Of a stretch of 34,232 nucleotides of DNA, positions 34,023 through 34,232 are shown piece after piece. Position 1 is the stretch's first letter. Each line of letters starts with the position of its first letter. The position numbers were made by a program, and so were the translations under genes. Location: positions 1-34,232 of the IMG/VR virus record IMGVR_UViG_3300035130_000094; one strand, 5' to 3'. Under the pieces are notes generated by a model. The model saw only the letters and a program-made list of their open reading frames with translations, was not told where the DNA came from and ran no database searches. Source of the stretch: a virus (lineage: Duplodnaviria > Caudoviricetes).

Positions 34023-34232
34023 TTATTTTTTAAAAACTATTAAAAGTTTTTGAAAATCATGGAAATTGTTTTGCTCTGGGTTCACTATTGCTGTGCATTC
34101 ATCTTCTGTTTCAACATAAACAATATATTTTTTATTTATATCAAAATTAGGCTCGTCAAGATGACATATCCCATCTTCTTCGTTTTCAATTTTTTTTCCA
34201 AATTGTAATTCGTCTCCAAATATAATTTTTTT
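34023..34232 (-). CDS. Hypothetical protein, 3' part (starts outside window)
   Basis: Open frame from the window edge KKIIFGDELQ...LLIVFKK to TAA at 34023-34025. Confidence 0.5.
   Translation of the reverse strand, partial: KKIIFGDELQFGKKIENEEDGICHLDEPNFDINKKYIVYVETEDECTAIVNPEQNNFHDFQKLLIVFKK

Overview
AT-rich fragment of a tailed dsDNA phage (siphovirus-type gene order, sigma70/SigA-like promoters and GGAGG ribosome-binding sites suggesting a low-GC Bacillota-like host). Essentially all real genes are on the minus strand. Reading right to left: small early/accessory genes (two wHTH proteins, Gam-like protein, an acidic micro-protein, tRNA-like RNAs), terminase small and large subunits, portal, minor capsid, then a ~12.5 kb block that splits the head module. 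This block holds an iteron/AT-rich origin-like region, a 9-gene glycan cluster (NeuA-HAD, NeuB, GT29-like sialyltransferase fused to GT32, GT2, pyruvyltransferase-like, nitroreductase, IspD/TarI + SDR + TagF-like, MazG-like) and a primase. Scaffold, major capsid, head-tail connectors, tail tube, frameshifting tail chaperones, tape measure and tail/fibre genes follow. Most notable observations: (1) an apparently self-contained phage nonulosonic-acid (sialic/KDN-like) plus polyol-phosphate glycosylation system inside the capsid operon; (2) a 123-nt double-elbow tRNA-like RNA with no anticodon; (3) a 10-mer CCGAATAAAA recurring about every 2-3 kb in both orientations; (4) a candidate sRNA whose 5' end is complementary to the RBS of four phage genes. 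All assignments come from motif reading by eye; no database searches were run.
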